Shown: positions 49,921 through 61,776, numbered from the stretch's first letter. The stretch is 64,000 bases of DNA from Oscillospiraceae bacterium (GCA_015064895.1 SVRI01000002.1:84113-148112), one strand, 5' to 3'. The notes: a model not told the origin generated them from the letters alone. Made by a program: numbers and translations.

Positions 49921-51984
49921 TTATTCGGTTTTATTTTCGTCATCGGAAGGCTTTTGTGAGTCTTCTTCTTCCTTTTTCTTAACCGTGTATCTCTGAAACT
50001 CGGGATCGGTCATACGAGCTGCCTGCTGCCATCTCTGGTTTTCCTGCTGCTGTTTTTCTTTTTCCTGCTGTTCCTTCTGTGCATTCAATTCCTTCTGTTC
50101 AAGGTTTTCGGCATCGCTCTTCTTTGTCTTACTTTCTGCGATTGCTTCCACACCCTCAACAGTAGGCTCTGAGGTTTCCATGATATACTTAAACTGATCT
50201 TCGTCCATGATTTCATGGTCGATAAGGTACTCTGCAGTAAAGTTAAGCTTGTCACGGTTCTTTGTGAGAATATCTGTAGCATGCTTATAAGCCTTATCAA
50301 CAATGCTTCTGACTTCTGCGTCAATATCTGCCGCAACCTTTTCGGAGAAGTCACGCGTTGAACCAAAGTCACGTCCCAGGAACACTTCTTCATGTCCCGT
50401 ACCGTAAACGATAGGACCTAAAAGGTCGCTCATACCGTACTTTGTAACCATGCCGCGTGCCATCTTAGTCGCTCTTTCGATATCATTTGAAGCACCCGTT
50501 GAAATGTCACCAAACACAATAGCTTCTGCAACACGTCCGCCGAGAAGTGATACGATTTCTTCTTCCATTTCTCTCTTTGTCATATACATTTTATCTTCTG
50601 TGGGAAGTGAAAGTGTATAACCGCCTGCACGTCCTGCAGGAATGATGGAAATCTGATGAACTGTATCCTGGGTTTCAAGAAGCTGGGTGATAACTGCATG
50701 ACCGGCTTCATGGTATGCGGTAATCTTCTTTTCACGTTCGGAAATAACCTTTGACTTCTTCTTAGGACCTACAATTGTCTTGATTGTAGCTTCTTCGAGT
50801 TCTGTCATACCGATAAGGTGCTTACCCTTACGTGCGGCAAGGAGTGCCGCTTCATTGAGAAGGTTTGCAAGGTCTGCACCCGTAAAGCCTGCAGTTGTCT
50901 TTGCAAGCGTCTTAAGGTCAACGTCCTTTTCAAAGGGTTTATTTCTTGAATGAACCTTGAGTATTTCTTCTCTGCCCTTGATATCAGGGTAATTGACGGT
51001 AATCTGTCTGTCAAAACGTCCGGGTCGGAGTAGTGCAGGGTCAAGAATGTCAGGTCTGTTTGTTGCCGCAATAACAATTATGCCGTCATTGTTGCCGAAA
51101 CCGTCCATTTCAACCAGCAACTGGTTAAGTGTCTGTTCTCTTTCATCATGTCCGCCGCCAAGACCAGCGCCTCTATGGCGTCCTACCGCATCAATTTCGT
51201 CGATGAAGATAATTGCGTTCTGGCTCTTCTTTGCTGTATCAAAAAGGTCACGCACACGGGATGCACCGACACCGACATACATTTCAACAAAGTCAGAACC
51301 TGAGATTGAGAAGAATGGTACATTTGCTTCACCTGCAACAGCTTTTGCAAGAAGGGTTTTACCCGTACCGGGAGGGCCTACAAGGAGTACGCCTCTGGGG
51401 ATTTTTGCACCGAGCTTTGTAAACTTCTGGGGATTCTTTAAAAATTCAACAACCTCCTGAAGTTCTTCCTTTTCCTCATCCGCACCCGCAACGTCGGTGA
51501 AAAGAACTTTATTCTTTTCATTTGCACCAAGCTTTGCCTTACTTCTTCCGAAGGAGTTCATCTTGCCGCCCTTACCGCCTGCCGAATTCATGATAACAAT
51601 CCAGATTACTATGAATATCACGGCAATAATGATATACGGCACAAAGCTTACCCACCAAGGCATCTCTGTTGGTTCCTCATAATGGAACTCGGTAATTATA
51701 CCCTCTTTCTTCTGTTCGAGAATAAGTTCCTTGAGGTCATTTTCAAATATTGCGAGGTCACGTATTTTAAATGTCAGCTTTTCGTCTTTTTGTGTTGTAA
51801 TGTCTATTGTATTGTCTTCATGGACGACATAGGACTTTACCTGTTCATTCTGGAACAGTTCAACCACTTCGCTGTACTGAATTTCTTTGTTGTTGGTTTT
51901 AGTACCCATCAGGGTTGAGGTCGCTATAAGTATGCCGACAATCAGCACAATGTAGAAAATTATAACCTTTACGTTTTTCTTCAT
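49921..51984 (-). CDS. ftsH: ATP-dependent zinc metalloprotease FtsH
   Basis: ORF 49921..52029 trimmed to ATG 51984 ([17 protein letters not shown]; AGGAGAG upstream). Walker A GPPGTGKT, Walker B IIFIDEID and zinc motif HEAGH. It has a long Q/E/K-rich C-terminal tail. Confidence 0.93.
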   Translation of the reverse strand: MKKNVKVIIFYIVLIVGILIATSTLMGTKTNNKEIQYSEVVELFQNEQVKSYVVHEDNTIDITTQKDEKLTFKIRDLAIFENDLKELILEQKKEGIITEFHYEEPTEMPWWVSFVPYIIIAVIFIVIWIVIMNSAGGKGGKMNSFGRSKAKLGANEKNKVLFTDVAGADEEKEELQEVVEFLKNPQKFTKLGAKIPRGVLLVGPPGTGKTLLAKAVAGEANVPFFSISGSDFVEMYVGVGASRVRDLFDTAKKSQNAIIFIDEIDAVGRHRGAGLGGGHDEREQTLNQLLVEMDGFGNNDGIIVIAATNRPDILDPALLRPGRFDRQITVNYPDIKGREEILKVHSRNKPFEKDVDLKTLAKTTAGFTGADLANLLNEAALLAARKGKHLIGMTELEEATIKTIVGPKKKSKVISEREKKITAYHEAGHAVITQLLETQDTVHQISIIPAGRAGGYTLSLPTEDKMYMTKREMEEEIVSLLGGRVAEAIVFGDISTGASNDIERATKMARGMVTKYGMSDLLGPIVYGTGHEEVFLGRDFGSTRDFSEKVAADIDAEVRSIVDKAYKHATDILTKNRDKLNFTAEYLIDHEIMDEDQFKYIMETSEPTVEGVEAIAESKTKKSDAENLEQKELNAQKEQQEKEKQQQENQRWQQAARMTDPEFQRYTVKKKEEEDSQKPSDDENKTE

Positions 51985-52003
51985 CGAAGGCATCTCTCCT
52001 AAT

Positions 52004-53410
52004 CTATACTTTGCGGTAAAGTGACACACTCACTATTTTATCTGTATGCTCACTTTTTTTACATTTATCATTTTTTACGCAGCCGGGAACAAGCAGAATT
52101 TCTTCATTATCGCATATAAACGGCACAAGGTATCTGTCTTTAACGCCAAAGGCGGAGTCCGTCATTATGCGTTTGATACTCTTATTCATACCCGAATTCT
52201 GAATTTTATCGCCGTCGCGTCTGTTACGTGCAAAAATCACATGGGGTATTGTATCAAAATACAAATAATCTGTAGTGTATTTTTTGTAAACAATTTTACC
52301 ATTTTCAAGAGTTTGCGGAATATCCTTATTTTGGTCAAAGCTTATATACAAAGCATACGGATTTTCTTCAAAAAATGTACTGCCCGTATACAGCGTTTTT
52401 TCAAAATCAGAAACATTCTGAGTTACTCTTGTGTCCTTTTCAAAGGTGATTTTTCCTTTTTCAAGTCTTGCTGTCATACTGTCAGGCAATGAGATACTTG
52501 TTTTCTTTCCGTCAAAGGATTTTATCTTTTCACAAACACCCTTTACATGGTATTCTGACAAGGTTTCATCACTTACTGCTGCAAAAAGCTCAATAACAAC
52601 CCTTGAAAGTATACTTTCGTCAAGTTGTGACAATGTTTTTATATCACTTGTTATATTATTTTTTGCCACAGAAGATAGATACTCTTCGTCCTGTCTCAAA
52701 AGCTTTGAACTTCTTACAAAGCTTTCTTCAAAAGACATGTTTACCTTTTCAAAAAGAGGAAGAATTTCATGTCTAATATAATTCCTTGTATAATCGGAGC
52801 ACTCATTGGTAGAATCGGTAACAAAGGTCTGTCGGTTAAATGACAAAAACTCCTCGATTTCCTTTCTGCCGATATAAATCAGCGGTCGGATTACCGAAAT
52901 GCCTTCGCAAAGTATTCTTTTTGGAGGAATACCGCAAACGCCTTTGAGTCCTGTTCCTCTTGCAAGGTTGAAAAGCACCGTTTCGGCGTTATCGTTGGCA
53001 TTATGTGCCGTTGCAACAAGATTCATATTCTGCTCGTTACAGATTTTTTCAAAGGCAGAATACCTTACGTTTCTTGCACAAAGCTCCACCGATTCGCCAC
53101 TCTTTTCGGCAAGTGCGGGCACATCAGCCTTTTCACAAAAGAATTGTATGCCGAGTTTTTCACATAAAGACCTGGAAAACGCTTCATCTCTATCGGCTTC
53201 TTGTCCTCTTATCATGTGATTTACATGAAGAGCACACAGGGTGAAACCGTATTTTTCTGACAGCTTCTTTAACGACAGCACAAGACTTACCGAGTCTGCG
53301 CCGCCCGAAAGTCCTGCAAGAATCCTTGAGTCTTTATCAAACAGTGAAAAATCTCTGTTGGCTTTTTCTATTTTTTCCAAAAAGGAAAAAGTTATGTTAG
53401 TGCTGTTCAT
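52004..53410 (-). CDS. tilS: tRNA(Ile)-lysidine synthase TilS
   Basis: 468 aa. PP-loop [10 protein letters not shown]. The position upstream of ftsH is the usual synteny, although no hpt gene lies between them here. Confidence 0.88.
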   Translation of the reverse strand: MNSTNITFSFLEKIEKANRDFSLFDKDSRILAGLSGGADSVSLVLSLKKLSEKYGFTLCALHVNHMIRGQEADRDEAFSRSLCEKLGIQFFCEKADVPALAEKSGESVELCARNVRYSAFEKICNEQNMNLVATAHNANDNAETVLFNLARGTGLKGVCGIPPKRILCEGISVIRPLIYIGRKEIEEFLSFNRQTFVTDSTNECSDYTRNYIRHEILPLFEKVNMSFEESFVRSSKLLRQDEEYLSSVAKNNITSDIKTLSQLDESILSRVVIELFAAVSDETLSEYHVKGVCEKIKSFDGKKTSISLPDSMTARLEKGKITFEKDTRVTQNVSDFEKTLYTGSTFFEENPYALYISFDQNKDIPQTLENGKIVYKKYTTDYLYFDTIPHVIFARNRRDGDKIQNSGMNKSIKRIMTDSAFGVKDRYLVPFICDNEEILLVPGCVKNDKCKKSEHTDKIVSVSLYRKV

Positions 53411-54737
53411 GTGTATTGTCTAGGCTTGTAAACTTGGTATACTGTGCAAACCATCCAAGGTCTACCTTACCCATTGAGCCGTGTCTGTTCTTTGCAATGT
53501 TACATGTTGCAACATTCTGCATGTCGGGGTCATTCTGATAGTAGTCACGGGACAAGAACATAACGATATCCGCATCCTGCTCAATGGCACCCGAGTCACG
53601 AAGGTCTGAAAGCATTGGAGGCTTATCCGTCTTTTCAGGTCCACGGGAAAGCTGCGAGCACACGATTACGGGAACCTCAAGTTCCTTTGCCATAAGCTTT
53701 AAGTTTCTCGAAATATCCGAAACTTCGTTTACACGGTTATCTGTTTTTCTGTCGGATTTCATAAGACCGAGATAGTCGACAACCACAAGTCCAAGGTTTT
53801 CTACTCTTCTGAGCTTTGACTTCATTTCCGAAACAGAGATGTTTGCAGTATCGTCAAGAAGGATGTCTGTCTGCGAAAGCACACTCGATGCCCTTGCAAG
53901 CTTTACCCATTCATCCTCCGTGAAATTGCCCATTCTGAACTTTGAAGCATCAATAAGCGCCTCTGATGAAAGCATTCTCTGTGCAAGCTGTTCACAAGAC
54001 ATTTCCAGTGAAAATACAACAACCTTCTTTTTTGTCTTTATCGCAACCTGCGTTGCAATGTTAAGGCAAAAGCTTGTCTTACCTACACCCGGACGTGCAG
54101 CAACAATAATGAGGTCCGATTTGCCCATTCCGATAAGGTATTTATCAATATCGGAAAAATACGTAGGAGTACCCAGAGCATCAACACCGTTCTTTTGAAG
54201 CTCATCAAGATGTTTATAGTTTGAAAGGATAACATCCCTGATATGCAAAAAGCCTTTTGTTTCCTTCTTTTCGGCAATGTCAAAAATAAGCTGCTCGGAT
54301 CTGTCGAGAATATCTGCAGTATCCCCTTCCGCAGCATATGCAAGACGGGAAATTTCGCCCGATGCCTCGATAAGTCTGCGAAGAAGTGCCTTATCCTTAA
54401 TGATTCTGAGGTAGTCGGGAAGATTGGCAATTGAAGGCACCGACTGGGCAAGAAGAGCCACATAGTTCTTACCGCCCGCATCGTCATATGTGCCGCTTTT
54501 TACAAGCTCATCAATAAGTGTTACTACGTCAATTGTATTATTCGAAAGAAAAAGCTCACGCATTGCTTCATAAATTGCTCTATGCTGTTCAAGATAGAAG
54601 TCCTCTGCGTGAATAACATTCGCCACATCCCTGATTTTTTCGGGATCAAGGATTATTGCACCGAGTACAGACTGCTCTGCCTCAAGCGAAAAAGGCATTC
54701 TGTTCAAATTTTCTTCAGTAAGAAAAACGTCAGCCAT
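53397..54737 (-). CDS. dnaB: replicative DNA helicase DnaB
   Basis: 446 aa. N-terminal PFSLEAEQSVLGAIL, Walker A ARPGVGKTSF and the rplI-dnaB synteny. It overlaps the tilS start by 14 nt. Confidence 0.93.
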   Translation of the reverse strand: MADVFLTEENLNRMPFSLEAEQSVLGAIILDPEKIRDVANVIHAEDFYLEQHRAIYEAMRELFLSNNTIDVVTLIDELVKSGTYDDAGGKNYVALLAQSVPSIANLPDYLRIIKDKALLRRLIEASGEISRLAYAAEGDTADILDRSEQLIFDIAEKKETKGFLHIRDVILSNYKHLDELQKNGVDALGTPTYFSDIDKYLIGMGKSDLIIVAARPGVGKTSFCLNIATQVAIKTKKKVVVFSLEMSCEQLAQRMLSSEALIDASKFRMGNFTEDEWVKLARASSVLSQTDILLDDTANISVSEMKSKLRRVENLGLVVVDYLGLMKSDRKTDNRVNEVSDISRNLKLMAKELEVPVIVCSQLSRGPEKTDKPPMLSDLRDSGAIEQDADIVMFLSRDYYQNDPDMQNVATCNIAKNRHGSMGKVDLGWFAQYTKFTSLDNTHEQH

Positions 54738-54743
54738 TATTTA

Positions 54744-55193
54744 TCATTCCTTATTTGTGATAAGAACGTTGAGCTTACCTGTAATTTCAGGGTGAAGCTT
54801 TACGTCAACCGTATGAGTGCCGAATGTTTTGATTGCTTCGGCAAGTACAATCTTTCTCTTGTCAACTTCGATGGAAAACTGCTTCTGGAGTTCTTCTGCG
54901 ATTTCCTTATTTGTTACAGAGCCGAAGAACTTATTGTCTGCACCTGCAGTAGCAAAGATTTTAACAACAATGCTTTCAAACTTCTTTGCCGTATCGACAG
55001 CCGCCTGTCTTTCAAGCGCCTCTCTTCTCTTTTTTGCTTCTTCCTTATTCTTGAGATCGTTAAGAACTGCCGCATCCACTTCACATGCAAGCTTCTTGGG
55101 AAAAAGGAAATTTCTTGCATATCCGTCGGATACGTTGATAACGTCGCCCTTTTTACCCTGACCCTTTACGTCATTCAAAAGTAATACTTTCAT
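54744..55193 (-). CDS. rplI: 50S ribosomal protein L9
   Basis: 149 aa. [36 protein letters not shown] is the canonical L9 N-terminus. Confidence 0.95.
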   Translation of the reverse strand: MKVLLLNDVKGQGKKGDVINVSDGYARNFLFPKKLACEVDAAVLNDLKNKEEAKKRREALERQAAVDTAKKFESIVVKIFATAGADNKFFGSVTNKEIAEELQKQFSIEVDKRKIVLAEAIKTFGTHTVDVKLHPEITGKLNVLITNKE

Positions 55194-55310
55194 TTATGTG
55201 TACCTCCGTATAAAGTATTATAGTCCTATTCTAATATACATTACCACAAAACACACCTAAAGTCAACAACATCAATTAATAAATAATGTAAACAAAAATA
55301 AGTTTAACTA

Positions 55311-55339
55311 TTGATAATTATAATTTTTTCTGCTATAAT
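55311..55339 (+). promoter_or_regulatory. promoter of uppP
   Basis: TTGATA (55311-16), 17 nt, then TATAAT (55334-39). Confidence 0.6.
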
Positions 55340-55386
55340 GTAATATGATATATTAGTGTAATTATGCAAAGGGGTATATTAGAACC

Positions 55387-56232
55387 ATGATTGAATACAT
55401 TAAATCAATTGTTTACGGAATAATACAGGGGCTTACTGAGTTTTTGCCCGTTTCAAGTTCGGGGCATCTTGCGGTTTTTCAGAATATTTTCGGTTCGGTA
55501 GGCGTTCCTGAAGTCACCTTCACACTGCTTTTACATGTAGGTACCCTAGCTGCGGTACTCCTGGTATACTACAAGGATGTATGGGAGCTTATTAAGAGCT
55601 TCTTCTCGGTAGTGGGAAAGATATTTACGGGCAAATTCAAATTCAAAAACCTGAATGACGGCGAAAAATTCTTCTGTTTACTGTTCATTGCCCTTATCCC
55701 TCTTGTTATAGGTGCACTTCTTGAAAATGCAGTTGAATTCCTTTCGGGTTACACATTTGCCGTAGGTATTCTCTGGCTTATTAACGGTGTTGTATTTATA
55801 TTATCCGAAAATGCTGCGGTAAAGCAAAAGCAGCTTGATGAAATAAAGCCTTCAGACGCTTTCAAGGTTGGCTTTTTCCAGCTCTTTGCGATTCTTCCCG
55901 GCATTTCACGTTCGGGTATGACCATCACAGGCGGTGTCCTTCACGGATTCAAGAGAGAATTTGCAGTTAAATTCTCATTTATTCTCTCAATTCCCGCAAT
56001 TCTTGGTTCAACACTCATTACCCTTTTAAAGGATTGGGAAGCAATCAATTTCGGTGACTCGACCGGTATAATTCTCGCCGGTGTTGCTGCTTCTTTCATT
56101 TCAGGTCTTGCGGCAATCAAGCTTTTGCAGTACATAACAAACAAGCACAACTTCAAGGTATTTGCATACTACTGCTTTGCAGCCGGTGTAATTGCCATCG
56201 GTTATGATGTTGTGACAAGATTTATCATTTAA
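55387..56232 (+). CDS. uppP: undecaprenyl-diphosphate phosphatase (BacA/UppP)
   Basis: 281 aa polytopic membrane protein. GLTEFLPVSSSGHL and PGISRSGMTI motifs. Confidence 0.92.
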   Translation: MIEYIKSIVYGIIQGLTEFLPVSSSGHLAVFQNIFGSVGVPEVTFTLLLHVGTLAAVLLVYYKDVWELIKSFFSVVGKIFTGKFKFKNLNDGEKFFCLLFIALIPLVIGALLENAVEFLSGYTFAVGILWLINGVVFILSENAAVKQKQLDEIKPSDAFKVGFFQLFAILPGISRSGMTITGGVLHGFKREFAVKFSFILSIPAILGSTLITLLKDWEAINFGDSTGIILAGVAASFISGLAAIKLLQYITNKHNFKVFAYYCFAAGVIAIGYDVVTRFII

Positions 56233-56266
56233 CGGACTCATGCGTTAAAAACGGAGGAATACGATT

Positions 56267-58921
56267 TTGGCTGAAAATAATAAAAAAACAAGTAAATCGG
56301 CAGTTAAAAAGAATACCGACAGCAAAAAGGAAAAACAGCTTGAACTGAGCGAAAGTGCAAAAGTCAAGCAGAATATAAAAGAATTAAAAAAACAGCAGGA
56401 AAGGGGCAACCGTCCCATTTACAGCATCATGCCCATAATACTTCTTTTTGGTGCGCTTTTCCTTACTGTTTGCTTTATAATACCCGGCAAAATGGGTTTT
56501 CTTTCATATCTTGTCGAATTTCTCACATGGCTTTTCGGCAGTGCAAAATGGATTATTCCCGCAATACTTGCCGTTAATTCTTTTTTCTGGAAGCAGGACT
56601 ATGTCAATTATCACGTTGCAAGAAAGAGTATTATTTCGGGTCTGCTTCTCATTTTCTTCTCGATTTTGATGAATCTGCTGCCATCAAGCGGCGGTAAAGT
56701 CGGCGGTCTGCTTGAAAAAGCACTTAGCAGTATCACAGGTGTCGGTGCATGGATTTTTACCATTTTCTTACTCTTGGTATTGGGCTTTGCACTTTTCAAC
56801 ATATCGCCCTACGATATCATTGAATTTATAAAAAATAAAATCAAAGAAGCAATATACAATGCCAACATGAAGAAGCAAGCTCGTCTTGAAGAAGCCATAA
56901 GACTTCAGAATGAGTCAAAAAAGAAGGTTGTTTCGGAGGCAAAGGAAAAAAGTGCCAAGGAAGAAGCTGAAGATGCAACACTCATCAGAAAAAGGCGTGC
57001 ATTTCTTACAGATATCAACGACGATGCGGGTGTTGACGAGGGTGATGTTCTTCCTCCAGAGGAAATCAAACCCAGTCTTTCTGACTTTGACGAGCCCATT
57101 GCTTACGGCGAAAACAATGACGGAATGATTGACATCAATGCCTTCGACGAAATAAAAGAAAGCACCGAGGAAAGAATGGCTGAAAAGGCATCCTCCATGG
57201 AACCTCCTGCCAACGTACAGGGTGCCACATTTACAGATTTATCCGAAATATTCACCAACGATGCCTCCATCGCTATTGCAGGTGAAGAATCCTCAGCTGC
57301 CGTAATGGACGGTGCGGAAGCATCCACCGTAAAAAGAGTTTCTGAATCGACAGAGGAAATATCCGCCGAGACAGAGCCCGTTGAAGTAAAACCCGAGCCT
57401 GTAATTGAAGAAGTATATCATTTTCCGCCCATAAACTTTTTACAGAAAGACCCCAACCCACTTACATTTACCGTTACCGATGAGCTTAAGCAGACAAGCA
57501 TTAAGCTTGTTGAAACGCTCAAAAACTTCGGTGTCAAGACAAAGATTATGAATATTTGCTGCGGTCCCACCGTAACAAGATATGAGCTTCAGCCCGAAGT
57601 CGGTGTAAGAGTACGTTCAATCGCAAACCTTGCAGACGACATTGCACTTCATCTTGCCGCAAACGGTGTAAGAATTGAAGCACCAATCCCGGGCAAGGAT
57701 GCTGTTGGTATCGAAGTACCTAACAAAACGGTTTCAACGGTATACATAAGAAATCTTATTGAAAGCAATGCCTTTGAAACTCAGAAGGGCAAGCTTACGG
57801 TAGCCCTCGGCATGGACGTTGCAGGAAGCCCCGTTTACATGAATGTTGCAAAAATGCCCCATCTTCTCATTGCCGGTGCTACGGGTATGGGTAAGTCGGT
57901 ATGTATCAACACATTCATTGTCAGCATGCTTTACAAGGCAAAACCCGACGAAGTAAAATTTATCCTTATTGACCCGAAAAAGGTCGAGCTTTCCATATAC
58001 AACGGTCTTCCCCACCTTCTTGTACCCGTTGTCAGCGACCCCAAGAAGGCGGCAGGCTCTCTTGCATGGGCTGTAAACGAAATGGAACGCAGATTCCTGC
58101 TTATTGAAGAAGTAGGAGTCCGTGACATTGATACATACAACGAAGTAACAAAGAACGATCCCGAAAAGGAATACATGCCAAAAATCGTTATTATTATTGA
58201 CGAGCTTGCGGACCTTATGATGACGGCCAGAGATGAAGTAGAAACCTCCATATGCCGTCTTGCACAGAAGGCAAGAGCTGCGGGCATGCATCTCGTTATC
58301 GGTACCCAGCGTCCCTCTGTTGACGTTATCACAGGTCTTATCAAGGCAAACGTGCCTTCACGTATTGCTTGTACAGTTGCGTCGCAGGTCGACTCAAGAA
58401 CAATCATTGACGTATCGGGAGCCGAAAAGCTTCTCGGTCGCGGTGACATGCTTTATGCCCCTGTCGGATGCATGAAGCCGACAAGAGTTCAGGGTTCATT
58501 TGTCAGCGAAAAAGAAATCGAAAACATTGTCGAATTTCTCAAGAACGGCAAGACCCACGAATATGACAACGATATCATCGAAAGCATCGAAAGAGAAGCG
58601 GCAAGGTGCGGCGAAAAGAAGAAGGGCAAGGCTTCTGCCGATACCGATGATTTTGAGGGCGGCGAAGACAGAGCTTCCATCATTGCAAGCGACGATGCAG
58701 TTCTTCCTGCAATTGAAATTGCTGTAGATTCGGGTTCTGTATCAACTTCACTTCTTCAGAGAAAGCTTTCTCTCGGCTATGCAAGAGCCGCAAGAATTGT
58801 AGACAAGCTTGAAAAGATTGGCGTTGTAGGTCCTTTTGAAGGTTCCAAACCAAGAAAAGTACTCATAACACGTGAAGAATATCTAGAAATGAGAATGAAC
58901 TACGAAGGTACAGACGAATAA
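56267..58921 (+). CDS. ftsK: DNA translocase FtsK/SpoIIIE
   Basis: 884 aa. TTG start (GGAGG 9 nt upstream). N-terminal TM segments, an acidic linker, Walker A GATGMGKS and a C-terminal gamma winged helix LLQRKLSLGYARAARIVDKLE. Confidence 0.92.
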   Translation: MAENNKKTSKSAVKKNTDSKKEKQLELSESAKVKQNIKELKKQQERGNRPIYSIMPIILLFGALFLTVCFIIPGKMGFLSYLVEFLTWLFGSAKWIIPAILAVNSFFWKQDYVNYHVARKSIISGLLLIFFSILMNLLPSSGGKVGGLLEKALSSITGVGAWIFTIFLLLVLGFALFNISPYDIIEFIKNKIKEAIYNANMKKQARLEEAIRLQNESKKKVVSEAKEKSAKEEAEDATLIRKRRAFLTDINDDAGVDEGDVLPPEEIKPSLSDFDEPIAYGENNDGMIDINAFDEIKESTEERMAEKASSMEPPANVQGATFTDLSEIFTNDASIAIAGEESSAAVMDGAEASTVKRVSESTEEISAETEPVEVKPEPVIEEVYHFPPINFLQKDPNPLTFTVTDELKQTSIKLVETLKNFGVKTKIMNICCGPTVTRYELQPEVGVRVRSIANLADDIALHLAANGVRIEAPIPGKDAVGIEVPNKTVSTVYIRNLIESNAFETQKGKLTVALGMDVAGSPVYMNVAKMPHLLIAGATGMGKSVCINTFIVSMLYKAKPDEVKFILIDPKKVELSIYNGLPHLLVPVVSDPKKAAGSLAWAVNEMERRFLLIEEVGVRDIDTYNEVTKNDPEKEYMPKIVIIIDELADLMMTARDEVETSICRLAQKARAAGMHLVIGTQRPSVDVITGLIKANVPSRIACTVASQVDSRTIIDVSGAEKLLGRGDMLYAPVGCMKPTRVQGSFVSEKEIENIVEFLKNGKTHEYDNDIIESIEREAARCGEKKKGKASADTDDFEGGEDRASIIASDDAVLPAIEIAVDSGSVSTSLLQRKLSLGYARAARIVDKLEKIGVVGPFEGSKPRKVLITREEYLEMRMNYEGTDE

Positions 58922-58922
58922 T

Positions 58923-59813
58923 ATGTTTAACTCACTTTCAAAAAGAGAAAAAAAGAAATTGATAACTGCAATATTATGTATTGCAGTTATCCTGTTTTGT
59001 GTAGTATTTGAATTATACGAAAACAATAAACGCAGAAGCCTCATCGGTGACGAATATGCAGCCGTACATTTTATCGATGCAGGTCAAGGCGATTGTACGC
59101 TTATTGAGACAAGCGACGGCAAATTTGCAATAATTGATGCGTCAACACAGGATGCATCTGACAAGATAACCGATTACCTAAAAGACAGAAACGTCAAAGA
59201 GATTGAATTTATTCTTTTTACTCATCCCCATGAAGACCACATTGGTTGCGGCGATGAAATCATTAATGAATTTAAGGTTAAAACCGTTTATATGAATAAG
59301 GTGACACAAAACACCTCTGCCTATGAGAATGTTATAAATGCAATAAAAAAGAGTAAAGGCAAATACGGTACAAAGCTTTTAAATCCCCGTGAGGGCGACA
59401 CCATTTCATTATCGGATCTTGAATTTACCATACTTTCCGACGGCAGCGGATACGGCGATAACATAAACAATTCAAGCATTTGTGTAAAGCTTGAATATGG
59501 TAAAAGCTCGTTTTTATTTACGGGCGACGCCGAAAAAGAAGTTGAAGAAGATTTATTAGAGAGTGATTTTAATGTTGAAGCAGATGTATATCACTGCGGC
59601 CACCACGGTTCATCCACTTCAAACTCGGAGGATTTTCTTGACGAGGTTTCTCCCGATATAAGCGTAATAAGCTGCGGAACAGACAACAGCTACGGCCATC
59701 CTCACACCGAGGTTATCAAAGCCTTGAACAAAATGGATGTTGACATTTATCAGACAAACAAAGACGGAGATATTGTTATTGTATTTGACAAAAAATCAAT
59801 CTCTGTCAAGTAA
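58923..59813 (+). CDS. MBL-fold metallo-hydrolase (ComEC/Rec2-related beta-lactamase domain only)
   Basis: 296 aa. N-terminal TM segment, VHFIDAGQGDCTLIE, FTHPHEDHIGC and HCGHHGS. The start is 1 nt after the ftsK stop. Confidence 0.65.
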   Translation: MFNSLSKREKKKLITAILCIAVILFCVVFELYENNKRRSLIGDEYAAVHFIDAGQGDCTLIETSDGKFAIIDASTQDASDKITDYLKDRNVKEIEFILFTHPHEDHIGCGDEIINEFKVKTVYMNKVTQNTSAYENVINAIKKSKGKYGTKLLNPREGDTISLSDLEFTILSDGSGYGDNINNSSICVKLEYGKSSFLFTGDAEKEVEEDLLESDFNVEADVYHCGHHGSSTSNSEDFLDEVSPDISVISCGTDNSYGHPHTEVIKALNKMDVDIYQTNKDGDIVIVFDKKSISVK

Positions 59814-60890
59814 TTCTACTCCGAAATGTCCTATGGGGACACCGTCGGCATAGTATTCGGCACGGCCGATGCCACTCACAAGGTCTATTGTTACCTTATA
59901 CGCTATCGTCGGCTCATCACCTTTGGGAAACGTCAGGTATATGTCATCATACGCAATGTAATCATCAAAGCCTACTCTGAACACACTGTCTTTATCCGAG
60001 ACAATCTGTGTGACATCATAGTTATCCATTGCGTACGTAAGCATTGCTTTATGGTCATTCCAGTCATTGCGGTCACAGAGGGTTACGGCAATATATTCCT
60101 TTTCACCATCAACGGCGGACGATACAAGACACCTTCCCGACTTTGATGTATATCCTGTTTTCACACCCGTTACATAGTCGGTTGTGACAAGAAGACGGTT
60201 ATGATTTGAAAAAAATCTTTGGTTTTCGCCGTTTGTTGTATATGTTTTTGACGATACAATTTGCCTGAAGATGCCGTTTTTCATTGCTTCTTTGGCAATA
60301 AGAGCAAGCTCATATGCCGTTGTATAGTGGTTTTCGCTGTCAAGACCGTGGACATTTTCAAAATTTGTACTGACAAGTCCCATTTCATGCGCTCTCTTAT
60401 TCATATATTCTGTGCATGCCTTTTCCGAACCGAAAACACCTACTGCAAGAGCGTGTGCTGCATCATTTCCCGATTCCAGCAAAAGACCGTAGAGAAGGTC
60501 ATTGACGGTTATCTTCTCACCGGCTTTAAGGTATATTGACGAGCCTTCAATACCCGCAGATTCTTTTGTGACACTTATCACATCGTCGGGGTCTGACTGT
60601 TCAAGGACACAAAGAGCCGTCATTATTTTAGTTGTACTTGCCATTGGAAGACGGACATTCGAATTTTTTTCATACAGTACGGCACCGCTTTTGGCATCAA
60701 TAAGTACCGCAGCCTTTGCTGACGGGCAAAATACAGTATCGGTATATGTCGAAACGGCAATCGGTGTTGTGATAGATACCTGTCGGACATTCTCGACATC
60801 TTTACTGTCCAAAACAGACGCAATCACTGCCACAATTGCAATTATCATACAGTTAAATAAAAGCAAATATTTTTTAGTACTCTGTTTCAT
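59796..60890 (-). CDS. D-alanyl-D-alanine carboxypeptidase (PBP5/DacB-like, S11 family)
   Basis: 364 aa. Signal anchor, SxxK (ASTTKIMT), SxN (ESGNDAA) and KTG (VKTGYT). Confidence 0.88.
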   Translation of the reverse strand: MKQSTKKYLLLFNCMIIAIVAVIASVLDSKDVENVRQVSITTPIAVSTYTDTVFCPSAKAAVLIDAKSGAVLYEKNSNVRLPMASTTKIMTALCVLEQSDPDDVISVTKESAGIEGSSIYLKAGEKITVNDLLYGLLLESGNDAAHALAVGVFGSEKACTEYMNKRAHEMGLVSTNFENVHGLDSENHYTTAYELALIAKEAMKNGIFRQIVSSKTYTTNGENQRFFSNHNRLLVTTDYVTGVKTGYTSKSGRCLVSSAVDGEKEYIAVTLCDRNDWNDHKAMLTYAMDNYDVTQIVSDKDSVFRVGFDDYIAYDDIYLTFPKGDEPTIAYKVTIDLVSGIGRAEYYADGVPIGHFGVELLDRD

Positions 60891-60969
60891 ATTGTCACCT
60901 GCTTATAGATTTATACTTAATTATATGAGTGGCTTTTTAAAGTATGAAACAGCCCGAAAGGTATTATTT

Positions 60970-61776
60970 ATGGAATACACATTCAACACAAGAAGAATCC
61001 TGAGTTACACCCGCCGTGCGGTAGATGACTACGGCATGATTGAAGACGGAGACAAAATTGCTGTCGGTCTTTCGGGCGGAAAAGACTCTCTTGCCCTTGT
61101 ATGTGCCTTGGCAAATCTGAAAAAGTTCTATCCTAAAAGGTTTGATCTTGAGGTTATTACCATGGACCCGGGCTTTTACAAGGCAGGCTTCGGAGATGAG
61201 TCGGAAACAAAAAAAGGCTACACGGCACTTTCGGATTTATGCCGCCAGCTAGAAGTTAATTTCACCCTTTTTGAAACAGACATTGCAAAAATAATCTTTG
61301 ATATACGAAAAGAAAAGAATCCTTGTTCACTTTGTGCAAGAATGAGAAGAGGTGCTCTTCACACACATGCAAAGGAATTAGGATGCAATAAGATAGCTCT
61401 GGGTCATCACTTTGACGATGCAGTTGAAACATTTATGATGAATCTTTTCAACGAAGGAAGAATCGGTTGTTTTTCACCCGTTACTTACCTTGACAGAATG
61501 GACATAACACTACTACGCCCCCTTGTATACACTCCTGAAAAGGATATCAGATACTTTATAAACCATTCAGACCTTCCCGTACTTAAAAGTCCATGTCCTG
61601 CAGACAAAACAAGCGACAGAGAAAACATCAAGCAGCTTCTCCATTCGCTTGACAAAGAAAACAAGGGCATAAAGTACCGCATATTCGGAGCAATGCAAAG
61701 AGCAGGCATTGACGGGTACAAAGAAGGCGGAGAGTTTAAACTTCTTAAAGAGGAAACAGATACAAATGACAATTAA
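60970..61776 (+). CDS. ttcA: TtcA-family tRNA thiolation PP-loop ATPase
   Basis: ORF 60502..61776 trimmed to ATG 60970, because the upstream part is antisense to the carboxypeptidase gene. PP-loop VGLSGGKDSLAL, CSLCARMRRG and a later C..PCP motif. Confidence 0.75.
   Translation: MEYTFNTRRILSYTRRAVDDYGMIEDGDKIAVGLSGGKDSLALVCALANLKKFYPKRFDLEVITMDPGFYKAGFGDESETKKGYTALSDLCRQLEVNFTLFETDIAKIIFDIRKEKNPCSLCARMRRGALHTHAKELGCNKIALGHHFDDAVETFMMNLFNEGRIGCFSPVTYLDRMDITLLRPLVYTPEKDIRYFINHSDLPVLKSPCPADKTSDRENIKQLLHSLDKENKGIKYRIFGAMQRAGIDGYKEGGEFKLLKEETDTNDN

Noticed and set aside
60502-60969. N-terminal 156-aa extension of the TtcA-like ORF
   Set aside because: It is antisense to the carboxypeptidase gene and is not part of the family. 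A good ATG at 60970 gives the canonical PP-loop protein N-terminus.
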